NCBI RefSeq assembly: GCF_006345805.1
Contig: NC_042998.1
Coordinates: forward strand, 103,230,001 to 103,294,000
DNA: 64,000 nucleotides
Reading direction: 5' to 3'
From: Octopus sinensis
Taxonomy: Eukaryota
Position 1 is the first letter of the stretch. Each line of letters starts with the position of its first letter. Both the position numbers and the translations under genes were made by a program. Shown here in pieces: positions 13,743-26,760 of this stretch. Under the pieces are notes generated by a model, which made no database searches, was not told the DNA's origin, and saw only the letters and a program-made list of their open reading frames with translations.

Positions 13743-14126
13743 ATCATAGAACTACCTGCACGCTAGAGAGTACAGTTAAATTCCAAACCACTATTAGAGA
13801 TAAAATTTCGAAGGGAATGAAAAATAAAAACCTTTACTATCTAACTCCTGGACCAACAGTTTCAGACTTTTTTAGCAAATAAAATAATTTGCTAGGCGAA
13901 GCTTTCTTCAGCAGGTACATCTTAGAATTGGATTGCCTCGTGTATATATATTTAATCTAAGATGTACCTGCCAAGAAGGCTTCGCCTAGCAAATTATTTC
14001 ATTTGCTAACTCTTGGTCCAAGAGTTAGATGATAGATGTTTTTATTTTTCATTCCCTTCGAAATTTTATCCCTAATAGTGGTTTTAAATTTAACTATTCT
14101 CTCTAGCGTATAGGTAGCCCTATGAT
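13743..14126. repeat. ~380-bp imperfect palindrome (Penelope pseudo-LTR-like)
   Basis: 13743-13926 is the reverse complement of 13956-14126, with a ~29-nt loop. Confidence 0.9.
13847..13915 (-). ncRNA. Type I hammerhead ribozyme motif
   Basis: Minus strand: CCTG-CTGAAGA-AAGCTT...AAGTCT-GAAAC-TGTTG-GTC-CAGG. Complete core, GUC triplet, stem I CCTG:CAGG. Confidence 0.7.
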
Positions 14127-14278
14127 GGATACTGTATTTATATGAATAAAATATTGTCTGTTGGCTAAATTTTTACACGCTAGGCCCACTGGTAATGGAA
14201 ATTTCTAATATTTCAGATTACCCTTTGATATTAGTAATTACTATATATGTGTGTATGTATGTGTGTATATGTGTGTGC

Positions 14279-14326
<48 letters not shown>

Positions 14327-14394
14327 GGAATTAGTTACAGAAGCAACCTTTGTGACGAATATAACACATCCAGTCTAACCTGAATGTGTTGTCC

Positions 14395-15430
14395 TTATGG
14401 TCGTACACTTGTTTGTCCTCTCTGTGTTTAGCTCCTTGTGGATAGTAAAGAAATAGGTATTTCGTCTCTCTGAGCTCAAATTCCGCCGAGGTAGACTTTG
14501 CCTTTCATCCTTTCGGGATCGATAAATTAAGTACCATTGTGTACTGGAGTCGATGTAATCGACTGGCCCCCTCCACAAAAATTTCGAGCCTTGTGCCTAG
14601 AGTAGAAAAGAATACATATTAACCTATAAATTAATATGAAAGATGATGATATTTTTCTTCATAACGTACAACGCCTGGGATTTGGGGGATAGGGAACTAA
14701 GCGATTACTTTTATTTTATCGACCCCTAAAAGCATGATCGGCAAAATCGACCTCGGCGGAATTTGAACTCAGAGTGCAAAATCGAAAGAAATTCTACTAA
14801 GCATTTCGTCCGGCATGCTAACGATTCTGCCAGCTCACTGACTTAATGTATGTTAATATTGTTTTTAAATGTTGGCACAAGGCCAACAATTTCGGGGGTG
14901 GGGTAAATTGATTACGTCGACCCAAGAACTCAACTGATACTCATTTTATGACGCAGAAAGGATAAAAGGCGAAGTAGACCCTCCCGAAATTTGAACTTAG
15001 AACGTAAAGGTGAACTAAACGGTGCTAAGCATGACGTCCGGCACGTGAACAATTCTGTCAGCTCGCTAACTTAATGCATATTAATATTAAAAAAGATTGC
15101 TTGTGGCTGGTAGAACATTTAGTATTTTGGGCTAAATGCTTAGCGGCATTTCACTCGTCTTAAAGATCTGATATTAAATGCCGCCGATGGTCGATAAAAA
15201 TAAATGCCAATTGAATACTAAGGTCGAAGTAACCGGCACGTTCCCACCCTTGAAATTGCTGGGCTTTCAAATTTTAGCACAGCAGGTTTGAGAAGGGGTA
15301 AGTCGATTACATTGACCTCGTTGCTTAGCTGATACTTATTGTATCGCCCCCAAAGGATGAAAGGCAACGTCCATATAATCGATATGCCTACTCTCCTAAA
15401 ATTTCTTGTGCCTATATTAGAAAGGAATAT
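14395..15430. mobile_element. Cluster of at least five family A SINEs in both orientations
   Basis: + 14395-14612, - 14655-14845, - 14868-15073, + 15105-15265, - 15270-15370; all carry the family A core. Confidence 0.85.
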
Positions 15431-17304
15431 TAAAAGATGAATGAAAAAATCATTTTGGTACTGTCAATTTCTATGTCACCGCATCTTGTAATATCTGGCG
15501 ACTGGTTGGATTGGAAGGCTTTCATAAAATTTTGTAAACTTTGCATTATATAGTAGCAATTATACAATGCCATTCTAAGAAAATTAGTCGTAACAACCAT
15601 ACTAATACTTTATTATTCAACTCAGTTTACCATTAAACTACTTCTTTTACTTATTTTCGTGTTGGCAAGCGAACTCTGCAGGAACTCTATTCAGAAGTAT
15701 TTTATTCTTCCTTTCTGCTTTGATCCTACACCGAAAATTAAAATCACTGTTAGGTCATTCTTCACCGATATCTTGTATAGCGTAATTCAGATATCTTTCA
15801 ACTCCTTTGTTGTTCCGCACTTGAAGATCAGAACAATCTTTTCCATTTCCATATTACGAGGTTATACACTTTAGAAACTTCTTCAGTATTTTCTTGAGAA
15901 GCTATTCTCTGTTGGCAAAGGAAATGCACAGAAAAGTTTTATTATACAGTAAAGATTGCATATACTTTCTTGCATTTTCATCCAAGTATTTTGTAACATT
16001 ATTTACTACTTTCAAAGTTCAGCATTCCAGTTCATTAACAGCAGGGTGACATTCATAGACTTGGTGTTTCTGACAAGTTTTTTCCTATTTACAAATTCCC
16101 TCTGTTAGAAACGCATTTTTTTCTCAAACACGCTGGTGTTTTGAGTTTTCATCACACTTTGCACAGAAAACTATGCTATGCACGAACGTTTGATCGTAAG
16201 AGATGAAATCAAAATCAGTAAACTAAATTATAATTTATCGGTTGATTTATTGTATGTAGCAGTTTTTTAAGCAGTTTATTTGGCTAATTGTACTGATAGT
16301 GATTGAAACACTGAAGAAAAATACCGAAACCGTTTTACGATTGTGTATTCTGTTTAATTTTTCCTTTTTCCTCTCTTTTTTTAGCAGCTGATGAACAGAA
16401 AATTTAAGATTAATGGAATTTATTTGAGGTAAAATAAGTCATTTGTTGCTTATCATGTTTACAAATACTTAAAGAAGTTTCATAATTGTATTAAACACAT
16501 TTTTTAAAAAGTAAAATGAAACACTTTTTTCAGTCGTCATTCGGTATTTTATTTCATTATACTGACACATAAAAAGATTTTAATCCGATCAAACCTATAA
16601 TAGCCTATATGAACGCTTAAGTGTCTGATAGCGAAGACAGTTTAGAACAGATAGCTGAATAAGAACACTGTTTTACTATGCGTGTGGTAGGAGCACTCAG
16701 ACAGTCATATGTTCTTTTAATTCGTGATTCGTGATCAGTTACTGAATGTTGTTGACACATTGACCAGAGTCGTTCGAAATAGAGCTTCGTGAGAAGTCAT
16801 ATATTACATCACTTAAAGGTTAATGTCCGTTAAAAGTTACTAGATTTTCGAAAGTTTGACTGTAACTTCGATGTATATTTTTGCAAGTGATTATCATATA
16901 ATGAACTATATCAATTCAGCGCATAAGCCGTTTTTAGTCGTGCAAACATTTATTCTGCATTCAGAAGTAATTCATGTCTGAAAGCACTGCTAAAGTAAAA
17001 TAAATCACAATTTCTATTGAAAATAAAATTATGAAGTTTGTAAAATAAATAATAAAATATATAAATATCTGCTTCGAAAAATATAATCCGATATGTCTAT
17101 GTTCTGTGCCGGAAGGCAGTACTTTCCTTCTTTCAACGACGATTCGTGAAGGTGAGTATCTATTGTTGTTCTTCAAGTTCACCTACTAATTGAAGTTGTT
17201 CTTTTCCAGGTTCCTCTGTTCTTTTATGAATTATTGATAGACGGGTTTTAAAACCAAACTAAGTCTAGTAGTGTTTATATTATTTTATTCATTTTTTCTT
17301 TTTT

Positions 17305-17685
17305 AATTGTTTCAGTCATCTGACTGCAGCCATGATGGAACACAGCCTTTACTCGAACAAATCGGCCCCAGGACTTATTCTTTCCAAGCCTTGTACTTAT
17401 TCTATCGGGCTCTTTCGCCGAACCACTAAGTTACGGTGATATAAACACACCAGCATCGGTTGTCACGCGATAGTGGGTGGACAAACAGACAGCCAAAACA
17501 TATATATATATATATATATATACGACGGGCTTCTTTCAGTTTCCGTATACCAAATCCACTCACAAGGATTTGGTCGGCTCAAGGTTACACTAGAAGATAC
17601 TTGCCCAAAGTGTCACGCAGTGGACTGAACCGGAACCATGTGGTTGGTAAGCAACTTACTTACCTTACAGCCACTCCTGTGCCTA
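17305..17685 (-). mobile_element. SINE family B
   Basis: Reverse complement aligns to 13187-13582. Confidence 0.9.
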
Positions 17686-18260
17686 TATATCTATATAAAA
17701 ACGAAAACTTCTTGTTATATCTTTCAAAGTTTTACCAGTGCTATGGCTCTCTTCGCAATTGATAAATAGATGCAAAGAACATATTTTTATAACAAAGGAT
17801 CAGGCACTGTAAAAACAAAACAGGAACAGAAAGGATATAAAAACCAGAAAAAATGTCTATAAATACAGAGTGTTCAGACTAAATTTGACGATATTCTTTG
17901 TCTCCATATTTCAGCTTGGTCTAATGGTGAACAGTCAACAGTGTTGGAAAACATAATGTCTAAATTTGTAGCTGAGAAAAGTCAGCTGGCATGGAAGCCT
18001 GGAAGCCATCTCAATATAGGAAAAGAGATACCTATATCACAATGCGTGTACGTGTGTGTGTGTGTGTGGTGTTGTGCGCGTGCAAGCGTCTGTGTGTATG
18101 TGGTGTGTTTGCGTGTGTGTGTGTGTGGGGTGGGTCATTTCATGTTTGTTATTTATGGTGAGGGAGATTTTGCGTGCTCTGATGACTCTCAGAGTAATAT
18201 TTCTGAGAATCTAATAATGCTGACAGGGCCTCCATTGGTAGTAAAAGGTCTAAGAGAATA

Positions 18261-18455
18261 TACACAGATATGACAGAAGTAAATAGACAGCCCATAAAAC
18301 ATCGTTTTATGCTTATTTTAACTTGAAAAGATTTATATTTTTTATTAAATGACATTTTTATGCTTCAGGCTCTATATATGACTGTTTAATCATGCCAAGT
18401 ACAAAAGAAGCTTTGGAACTGTCTGAATTTCAAAGAGGCCGTATTGTAGGAAATT
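18261..18455 (+). mobile_element. Tc1-like transposon 5' end
   Basis: TA-cacagatatgacagaagtaaatagaca TIR-like start; MPSTKEALELSEFQRGRIVG at ~18392-18451 is a typical Tc1 transposase N-terminus. Confidence 0.65.
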
Positions 18456-18551
18456 TAACATGTCCCATATAATTGTAAAGCAGGAAAAGAAGCAGAATAT
18501 AACTCTAATATAAACAACTCTTTAATTATTATGAACACATGAATAATAATG

Positions 18552-18621
<70 letters not shown>

Positions 18622-19282
18622 TAATAATAATAATATAACAAGTATTCCTAATAAAGCTAATAATAAATCTAACAGTAAACATATGAATAATAATAATAAT
18701 AATAATAAAAGACAATATAACTAAATAAAGATAAAAACGATATAGATGTTATTAATGATTAAAATAATAATAGTAATATTGATAATGAGAATATGAGCAA
18801 TAGTAAGAAACAGTAAAGTATACAAGAAGAGATATTATACACCTAAGAATAACAATTTAATACCGATGATGTCTACTAATAATGATGATATAAAAAATAT
18901 GAAAATTAAAAGGATATTATATGGTTAATCATTACGTATGGGACTCAAGTGATGACTAATATTATTAAGGAGACACTTAAAATAGTAAAAATGTTTTTTT
19001 TTAAAGGGGCAATAGTTATTCAAATATAGTTTCCAATAAAACCATAAGAGTGGGACACTCAACATCGAGAAATGTAGGCAATATCACTTCCTCTATAAAT
19101 AATAAGAAATTAAATAATTATTATAATAGCATAATAAATAATAACTTTAGCCATACTATAACCGGTAGTGATAGAAGTCTTTATCAACATATAGAAAAAT
19201 GTTCATGTCGTGATAAATCTAAATGTAAGATCTCTAATAATTGTAATATCGGTAATGTAATTTATAAATGTATAGTTAGCTC

Positions 19283-19320
<38 letters not shown>

Positions 19321-20560
19321 TTAAAAATAAGGTCTATATTGGAGCAACAGCAATGAAATTAAAGAAAGAATATCCCAACACTACCAGACCTTTAAAAATC
19401 TCAATTTAAGTAAGTCCACAGGCTTAAGTAAATATATATGGGAATTAAAATCTAGAAAAAGAGAGTACACCCTTAATTGGAATATTATAGGTAGAGCCCA
19501 CTCCTATAATATTGGGAATAAAATGTTTTTATTATGCATGACATAATTTATGAAACCACTACAGTCTAGAGATGAATTAAATGAAGTACTGAACCCCCAA
19601 CCCCAGAATCAAATAACCACATAATTTTATTTCTAAAGCACTTGAATAGACTATATAAATAAAAAAATAATGCAATAATTTAAATAAATATATGAATTAA
19701 ATATTACTAAAATTATATAATAACAAATTATCTATATATATCTCCCAGTATAGGTAATAATAGAGGATAATTTAAAATTAAAACTATGTATAGTTTAATT
19801 ACCACTTTGGTACTAATCACCTATAAATACCCATAGTTCCCTGCTATCTTCTTCCTCTAATCACTATTTTAGTACCACCAAAAATACACGAGAATTTTTC
19901 TTGTTATATGTCACATTAAACACAGGCATTTTTATTCTGATGTATAATTTTATATCTCACATTCTGTATTTGATATACATATACTTGATTTTACATGATT
20001 GATATATATACTAATTCATATTTATAATGTATAATTTATAAATTTTAATTCTTAATATTACTAAGAATAATTTATATTTTTAATTTTTAATTCTTAATAT
20101 TACTAAATATAATTTATATTTTTAATTTTTAATTCTTAATTTTAAATCTTTAATGCTTAATTGTATTGCTTATTTTTTAAAGGGATGTAAAATTAGATAT
20201 ATATTATGACAAAGACCCTGAAAATGTGTTGCAATAATTGTAAATCTGACATTTAATGAAGTATATTCTCTGTTGGTAATTTTGGTTACATCCTTTAACT
20301 ATTATTTCGTGATGTGCAAACTGATACCATGAGCTTACTTTCAGATTTACTCATTAGGTTATTTTTTGTATTATCTGAAATAGGATACTCGCATATCGAT
20401 TAATCCCTAAAAATTGAATTAATGCCGACTTTTATCAGATGCTTTGTATATTTATAGATAACTATATAAATATATGATACATAAAACCCCAAGGTACGAT
20501 ATGTAGATGCATATAATGCTGAAAGGCTGTACCTGATTGATTTGGAAATTTGTTTTCCCA
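18456..20560 (+). mobile_element. Penelope-like element 3' portion (GIY-YIG endonuclease + AT-rich tail), degenerate
   Basis: CSCRDKSKCKISNNCNIGNVIYKCIV...VYIGAT...HYQTFK...STGLSKYIWELK...LNWNII at ~19200-19500, with Asn-rich linkers. Outer limits uncertain. Confidence 0.75.
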
Positions 20561-20571
20561 AATTATTTAAA

Positions 20572-20640
<69 letters not shown>

Positions 20641-20642
<2 letters not shown>

Positions 20643-21176
20643 TATATTATATAAAATCCGTTCTGTCTGTCTGTATGTCTTCTCGGATCTCGGGCATCCT
20701 TTAGCCGATTGCGCTCAAATTTGATATGTAGATACCCACGGTATAAGTCGTGAAAAAATTACAAAAATTCCAAGTGAGAATGCGATCGATAAAGCCGTTT
20801 TTGTCCTGATTTTCTTCCGTCAACCTGTACATAACTGCACCTTCTATTTTTTGTTGCTTTGTACTGCTTAAAGGCACGTTTCTTTCCTGCCAAGCTTACT
20901 GTTTAAAGCATGTTTGTGTTCTCCCAGTCAACAGCCATATCATTACTGGTACTTTAAACTCTTCGGTTGCATATTTGTGTGAATAAAATCGTTTTTCTTT
21001 GGAATAGAAAAAAGTCTATCTTCACTTCTTCTTTTGCTGGTGTCTCAAATTTAAGTTAAATCAGGGTTTCTCAAAGAGGGAGGCTTATGGGACGGTCGGA
21101 AAAGTTGTTTTGAAAAAATTTGGTTTAAATGTTTGACAACTCAGCACCGTCCATTGGACGGGGGCGTTTTGCTCGT
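20641..21176 (+). mobile_element. Non-autonomous Helitron
   Basis: 5' tatataaaatccgttctgtctgtctgt; 3' hairpin CCGTCC-ATT-GGACGG (21147-21161) about 10 nt before CTCG|T, a variant of CTAG|T. Confidence 0.7.
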
Positions 21177-21199
21177 ATATATATATATATATATATATA

Positions 21200-22052
21200 T
21201 TAGGTTGGCAACTAAGTTCCAGTCGTATTTTTAAATTCAAATTTTTTTAAAGGTTTAATAATAAATAACTAATTAATCAATAATGAATTTAACCTTGTTG
21301 TTTACAACTTCTTCCCAACGTTCAACAAGGTTTTTCAATACCTCATTGGTAGAAATCACCCGATTTCGACTCGAAAAATTGATCCAAGCAAGCTCTCAAT
21401 TTTGCATCAGTATTGAACGAAACTTCGCGCATAGCATTTGAAAGAGATCGAAAGAGGTGACGAGCAAGCAAACCAGCGGAGATTGTGGCCCTTTGATTTT
21501 TGTTGTTGTTCACTTAAAGCATGCGGAACTCATGCTTCATACTTCTGAACCTTTCTCATCGAGTAAATATGCTTCTCTATAGCAGTGTGAGAGCATTCCA
21601 TTTTCTCTGACAGTTCCCTTATCATTTGACGAGAATTTTCGTGCAAATGTTGCTTTAATCGCTCTTCATCGAACTCAACTGACGGCCAGAACGAGGTGCG
21701 TCTTTGAGTTCAAAACTTCCACTTTTGAACTTGGCTTACTAATCACGAGCGGTTCTTTCAGCTATGGCACCCTCTCCATACACAGCACAAATGTTGCGAG
21801 CAGCTTTTGCAGCCTTAGAACCTTGATTAAAAGCATAAAAGAAGGAATTGTCGAAAATGCTCGTTTTTCTTAAGTTGACATTCCATTTTAATGATCTAAA
21901 AATAAGCAAAAATTAACTAAAATTAACTAGAAAAAAAACAAAATAGATTCGAAAATGATTAAAAAATAGAATTCTTGAGAAAAATAGATTCCAAAATTTA
22001 AAAAGCAATAAGTTCCAAAATTTATAAAAACGGCGGGAACTTAGTTGCCAAC

Positions 22053-22056
<4 letters not shown>
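21200..22056 (-). mobile_element. Internally deleted mariner transposon
   Basis: TIRs TA|ttaggttggcaactaagttcc ... ggaacttagttgccaacccaa|TA. Minus strand encodes MECQLKKNEHFRQ...KAAKAARNICAVYGEGAIAERT...KDAPRSGR and HLFRSLSNAMR...FYQ*GI. Confidence 0.92.
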
Positions 22057-22106
<50 letters not shown>

Positions 22107-22574
22107 TATGACTACGTTGTTCAATTCTATCATTCATATTTATATACAAAGAAGCGCTAATTAGTTACCGGAAAACGAACAAATACTCAGAGCGTATATT
22201 TGGAGCATTAAAAACTGAACAGACGCACAAACCCACTCACGGATTCGCGCGCACACACATGCACGTACACACACACGCACACATGAGCGTGCGGACGTAC
22301 ACATACAAACATACACTAGCAAACTACCAAACATTCACAAATGCCCGAAAAAAAAAACGATCCTAAATGCTGATTTAAATCGTTATTCAGGTTGATATTT
22401 ATCACATTCATTTCTACTTATTGATTCATTAAGTCCCGTTTTCGACATGAATGAACAATACACCTCACTTTACATCGCTAAGCAATAAATTTTGGACACA
22501 AACACACATAATCACATATGCACAAATTCACACACAAACCTATATGCATGCATAATTTTTCATTCATAAACCTC

Positions 22575-23012
22575 TTTCAGTTATTGGTCTGTGGTCAGGT
22601 TTGAGCACTGCTTTCAAGGGTTTCGTTAAATTCTTCGACTAAAATGGATAATTACCAGGTAATTATCACGTTTTTATTTTTATTTTTACTTTTGATATGT
22701 GTGGCACTTATTCTATCGTCCTGTTTTTATTTTACCGAACCGCTAATCTACGGGGACATATCCAAACCAACACTGATTATTAAACGGTGTGGTGGTGAAC
22801 AAATGCAAGCAGAGAATCGCCCATACAACACAAATATATGTGTGCGTGTGTGCGTGGGCTTCTTTCAGTTTCTGTCATTCAGATCCACGCACAAGGCTTT
22901 AGTCGGCCCGCAGATATAGTTGAAGGCATTTTCACAAAGTGCTGCACAGTGGAACTGTACCCGGAACCATATGGTTGCAAAGAGATATTATTAACCACAT
23001 AGCAATGCCTGC
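22575..23012 (-). mobile_element. SINE family B, degenerate
   Basis: Reverse complement similar to 13187-13582. Confidence 0.75.
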
Positions 23013-23593
23013 ACTTATACATATGTGTGAGTTTGTGGTGTGTGTTCTGACGGGGCAATGCCTCTCTTTTTGAGGGTGCATGACTATGTAAGTGTCTGCG
23101 AGAGACTTCTGCAAATTACTTCAAAATATTGGACTTAAAAGGCACTGTCAATGCTGGAGGCCATAACAGAAAAACCTTGCTTTCTTAAGATGCTGCTTTA
23201 TATTGAATCAACCAGAATGCAAAGAATTCTTCACGATCTCACAGACGTACCTTCTGTTAATACACTCAATACATAAAACTTTCAGATGAAAGTTTTTGAT
23301 ACGTAAATTGTTTTCGCTTTTGTGCATAATAACAAATAAAATCTGTTTTGACCCGAATTAATTATTTTTAAACTGTCCAGAGGAGAAATGAGAACAATTT
23401 CTTTTCAAAACATTAATTTACATGAAATTAGATTATAACCAAGTATTACATCGTTCCCTACCAAGCGGCTGATTATTCCCGAGTGAAGACCAAAAAATTG
23501 ACTTAAAAATTTTATACGTAAAAATAAATTCTTATATATATTCAGGGCAGCAGAAATGTATATTAGTGTGTTTCTAACGAATATCTCCGATAT

Positions 23594-23835
<242 letters not shown>

Positions 23836-24229
23836 AAGAGAGAGCTTGCGTGCCCGTGTTTGTGTCTGTGTGTGTTTTAATAATAACACTTGACTCAGTA
23901 TGATAATACTAACATACATGAATTCGATACTAAGCAGTTCAGTAGGTTGATTGAATATATTTATTTAAACTTTTCTATCAGTTAGACACATTTTGTTAAA
24001 TTCAATTTACTTAATTTATTGTCAATCTTTACCGAATGTTTATTGTATGTAATTGCATTTGCATATACTTTTATTATACTGCAAACAGATTACTAAAAGC
24101 GATTTTTTGCGTTCTTCTTATGTATGGAACTTTTAGACGCGTGATTATTAAACTCTTTTTGTGACTTGAAAAAATGCCTCGACTATTTTTAACTATACAT
24201 ATATTCCACGTACTTTTTTTATCGATTAT

Positions 24230-24410
24230 TTGTTTCAGGCATCAGATTGTGGCTGTACTGGAGCATCGGCGAGAAGAATTAAGTTTTTTTTCTTTCTTTA
24301 CACTTTAAATCTCGTATTTATTCTATTGGTATCCCATACCGAACTGCTGGATCACTTGGACACAAATACACCAGCACCGGTTGACAAGTGGAGGGAACAC
24401 GCACAGACAG
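24230..24410 (-). mobile_element. SINE family B 3' half, degenerate
   Basis: tgtttcaggcatcagattgtggctgtactggagca...acaccagcaccggttgacaagtg. Confidence 0.65.
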
Positions 24411-24920
24411 GAACACACACTCACGCACACATACACACATTTATATATATATATATAAACACATACACACACAGATGAGTAAGCACATAGATTCAAAACA
24501 AGGTAGATAAAAATACTAAGCGAATACCGAAGGTAGAGTAATGTGCTTTTTTTATTAAAGCTGCGAAAAACATCACAAAAAGCTTCTACTCAGAGTTTCA
24601 CCTTCCCGATCGCAACTGCCCGACGAGCGGGAAGTTAAATTTTTTCCTACGAGAGATCCGGTCCCCAGTAATAAACTCATTTGCATACAGCCAATCAGAG
24701 CAGAGTCATCTTTACCCTTTCTTCATTTCTAGTCAGCACCATACATTCCTTATTTGTTCCCTCTCTACTGGCAGACAATAACTTTTTTGTTACTATCGAA
24801 AAATAATTTCGCTTTCACTACAAGTACCACTGTCTCTAACTACCTGTCGGGCAAATGAATAAATATATATAAATAATATTTCTTCCTTCTTGGTGTTGAT
24901 CATTCGATGTTCAATGGTTA

Positions 24921-25768
24921 CTCCGACGCTGGCACAATAATACACTTGTCTAAACTGCATTGTTGGGGATATTTTCATTTTTTCCAGAAAAAATGTTTTT
25001 AAAAAGTTATAGAGATTTAAAGATTGATCATTTTCACCAAGTCAGGAAACAGGATTTGGAAGCTGTCATTTTGTGTGTGACAAAATAGCACATGTTGTCA
25101 ATGTTTGTAAACAACACGTGTTATGTCTGCGGAAGTTTTCTTTCATGCAGATAAATCTTATTTAGCTGTTATTTTTAGCACGAAAGTTCTCAGGTAATTT
25201 TCTTTCATGTAAATAAATGTTTGTTAATTTAAAAGAGAAAACCATCAATTTGACTAAAATTACCAAAATTTTCAAACATTAATTACTAATACATCTTTAT
25301 TCATTAAATTATAGCAAAAATTATTTTCACTTCGTTAATTAGCCTATAAAAGTGTATCATTACATTGAATATGAAATCAATTCGAGTAGGAAATTGACGC
25401 TGGCAACCAAACAGAAAAGACCCCCCACCCCACCCACCCAAAATAGGCACGAAAATGTGTGAGTACTAAAGAGTTTCACTGAGTACTATTATATTATTAG
25501 TCGTAAATTATGGATCTATTTATTATAACTAGCTGGACTCGAGAAAAATCCACGGAAAATATAAAAAATGTAAGAATTTTCAGGATTTTGACAACAAAAT
25601 GGGCAGTCACGCACAAAATGACAGCTTCCAAATCCTGTTTCCTGACTTGGTGAAAATGATCAAATTTTAAACCTCTATAACTTTTTAAAAACATTTTTTT
25701 CTGAAATAAAAATGAAATAACTACAGCAATTCAGTTTGGGCAAGTGTATCGTTACGCCAACGTCGGAA
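24921..25768. mobile_element. MITE/foldback DNA element with ~160-bp TIRs
   Basis: 24921-25081 is the reverse complement of 25606-25768; TA flanks both ends. Confidence 0.85.
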
Positions 25769-25849
25769 TAATGTCAGCAAGTAAGAAATAAGTATAAATA
25801 AGAACAAGGAAAAGAAAGAATAAAGAGAATAAAGATTTAGAAAGAGTAA

Positions 25850-26760
25850 TTATAACAGAAAGATGGTGAACAGCCGATCTCACGATAAGGTGACATGGCA
25901 ACGTGCTTAGTAAATCACACTAAGACTTTGTGTGATATGATCAACTTTCAAATAGAATTAATTAAGAAAATGTTGAGAAAGCCAACAAATTTCATTCTAA
26001 GCGTCAATACGCTTAATAACCATCCAGGAATAGAGAACAAACCTCAAGAAGACTTTAAGAATAGGATGCAAATAAAAACGAAGGCTAAATGGTAGGTCAT
26101 GTTAAAGGCTACGCGCATTACATAACAATTTGATCATTATTTAAATAAAATCTTAACGGCTTAGATATCAAATATAAAGAAAATGTACGATATGAAATTA
26201 CCCCAAGGATCAAATGGAAAAACCTGGAAGACCTCACAGGAACAAATACATATAAAAGGACTAGAAATAAGTAATTATCTAATAAAAAGGTCGAACAATC
26301 ATTTTAAGGGGTAATAAACGACGCCTGTTCCCGAATCAAAAGATTGTGATTATTCTTTCTGAAGATCTCGACAGGCTCTTTGTTACGGAGAACGCATGGA
26401 GTTCAGCCACCTTTGTAAAGCCTTCCACATTTAATAACAGATTGAATAATATTGTATAGGATGTTATTGTGATTGAGATAATATCTATAATCAGCTAATG
26501 AAGTGGATGTTTTGCGTTTAGCAGAAGAAAATGAGCAATGCACTAAAACTCAACAAACAACGACAGAAGAATTAACACATATTTTGGTTGAATTTTGTTT
26601 CCCATTATTTACGTTATGCTTCAAGCAATAACCATTCAAAGCGGATTTATTAGATATTCTACTCCTGCATTTATTTTTATCCTGTATTAAATTGCTATTA
26701 ATGTTAGTCATTTTATCGTTATTCTTCTTCTTCATGCTGATACTAGTATTTATATTACGC
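25850..26760. mobile_element. Penelope-like relics in opposing orientation
   Basis: Plus strand LRKPTN...VNTLNNHP (RT thumb-like, ~25975-26030); minus strand KCRSRISNKSALNGYCLKHNV (Cys-rich linker before GIY-YIG, ~26600-26680). Confidence 0.45.

Noticed and set aside
16305-16350. CTGAAGA...CGAAAC hammerhead-like spacing
   Set aside because: No stem II pairing and no valid stem III or stem I.
18174-18230. CTGATGA followed by a TCTCAGA/TCTGAGA hairpin
   Set aside because: GAAA core absent (TAATA); possibly a decayed hammerhead but not supportable.
20030-20150. ~44-bp AT-rich tandem repeat
   Set aside because: Low-complexity slippage within the Penelope tail; no independent significance.
20310-20400. 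Hammerhead expected in the Penelope tail (gatgtgc...ctgatac...gaaata...gcatatc)
   Set aside because: Core reads CTGATAC and the GAAA is sequestered in a tttcagat/atctgaaa hairpin; too degenerate to call.
24678-24700. Octamer ATTTGCAT next to CCAAT
   Set aside because: No downstream snRNA or histone gene is visible; probably part of a repeat.
26315-26400. Hammerhead-like remnants on either strand in the Penelope relic
   Set aside because: Both core halves are mutated (CTGTCGA, GGGAAC); ambiguous.
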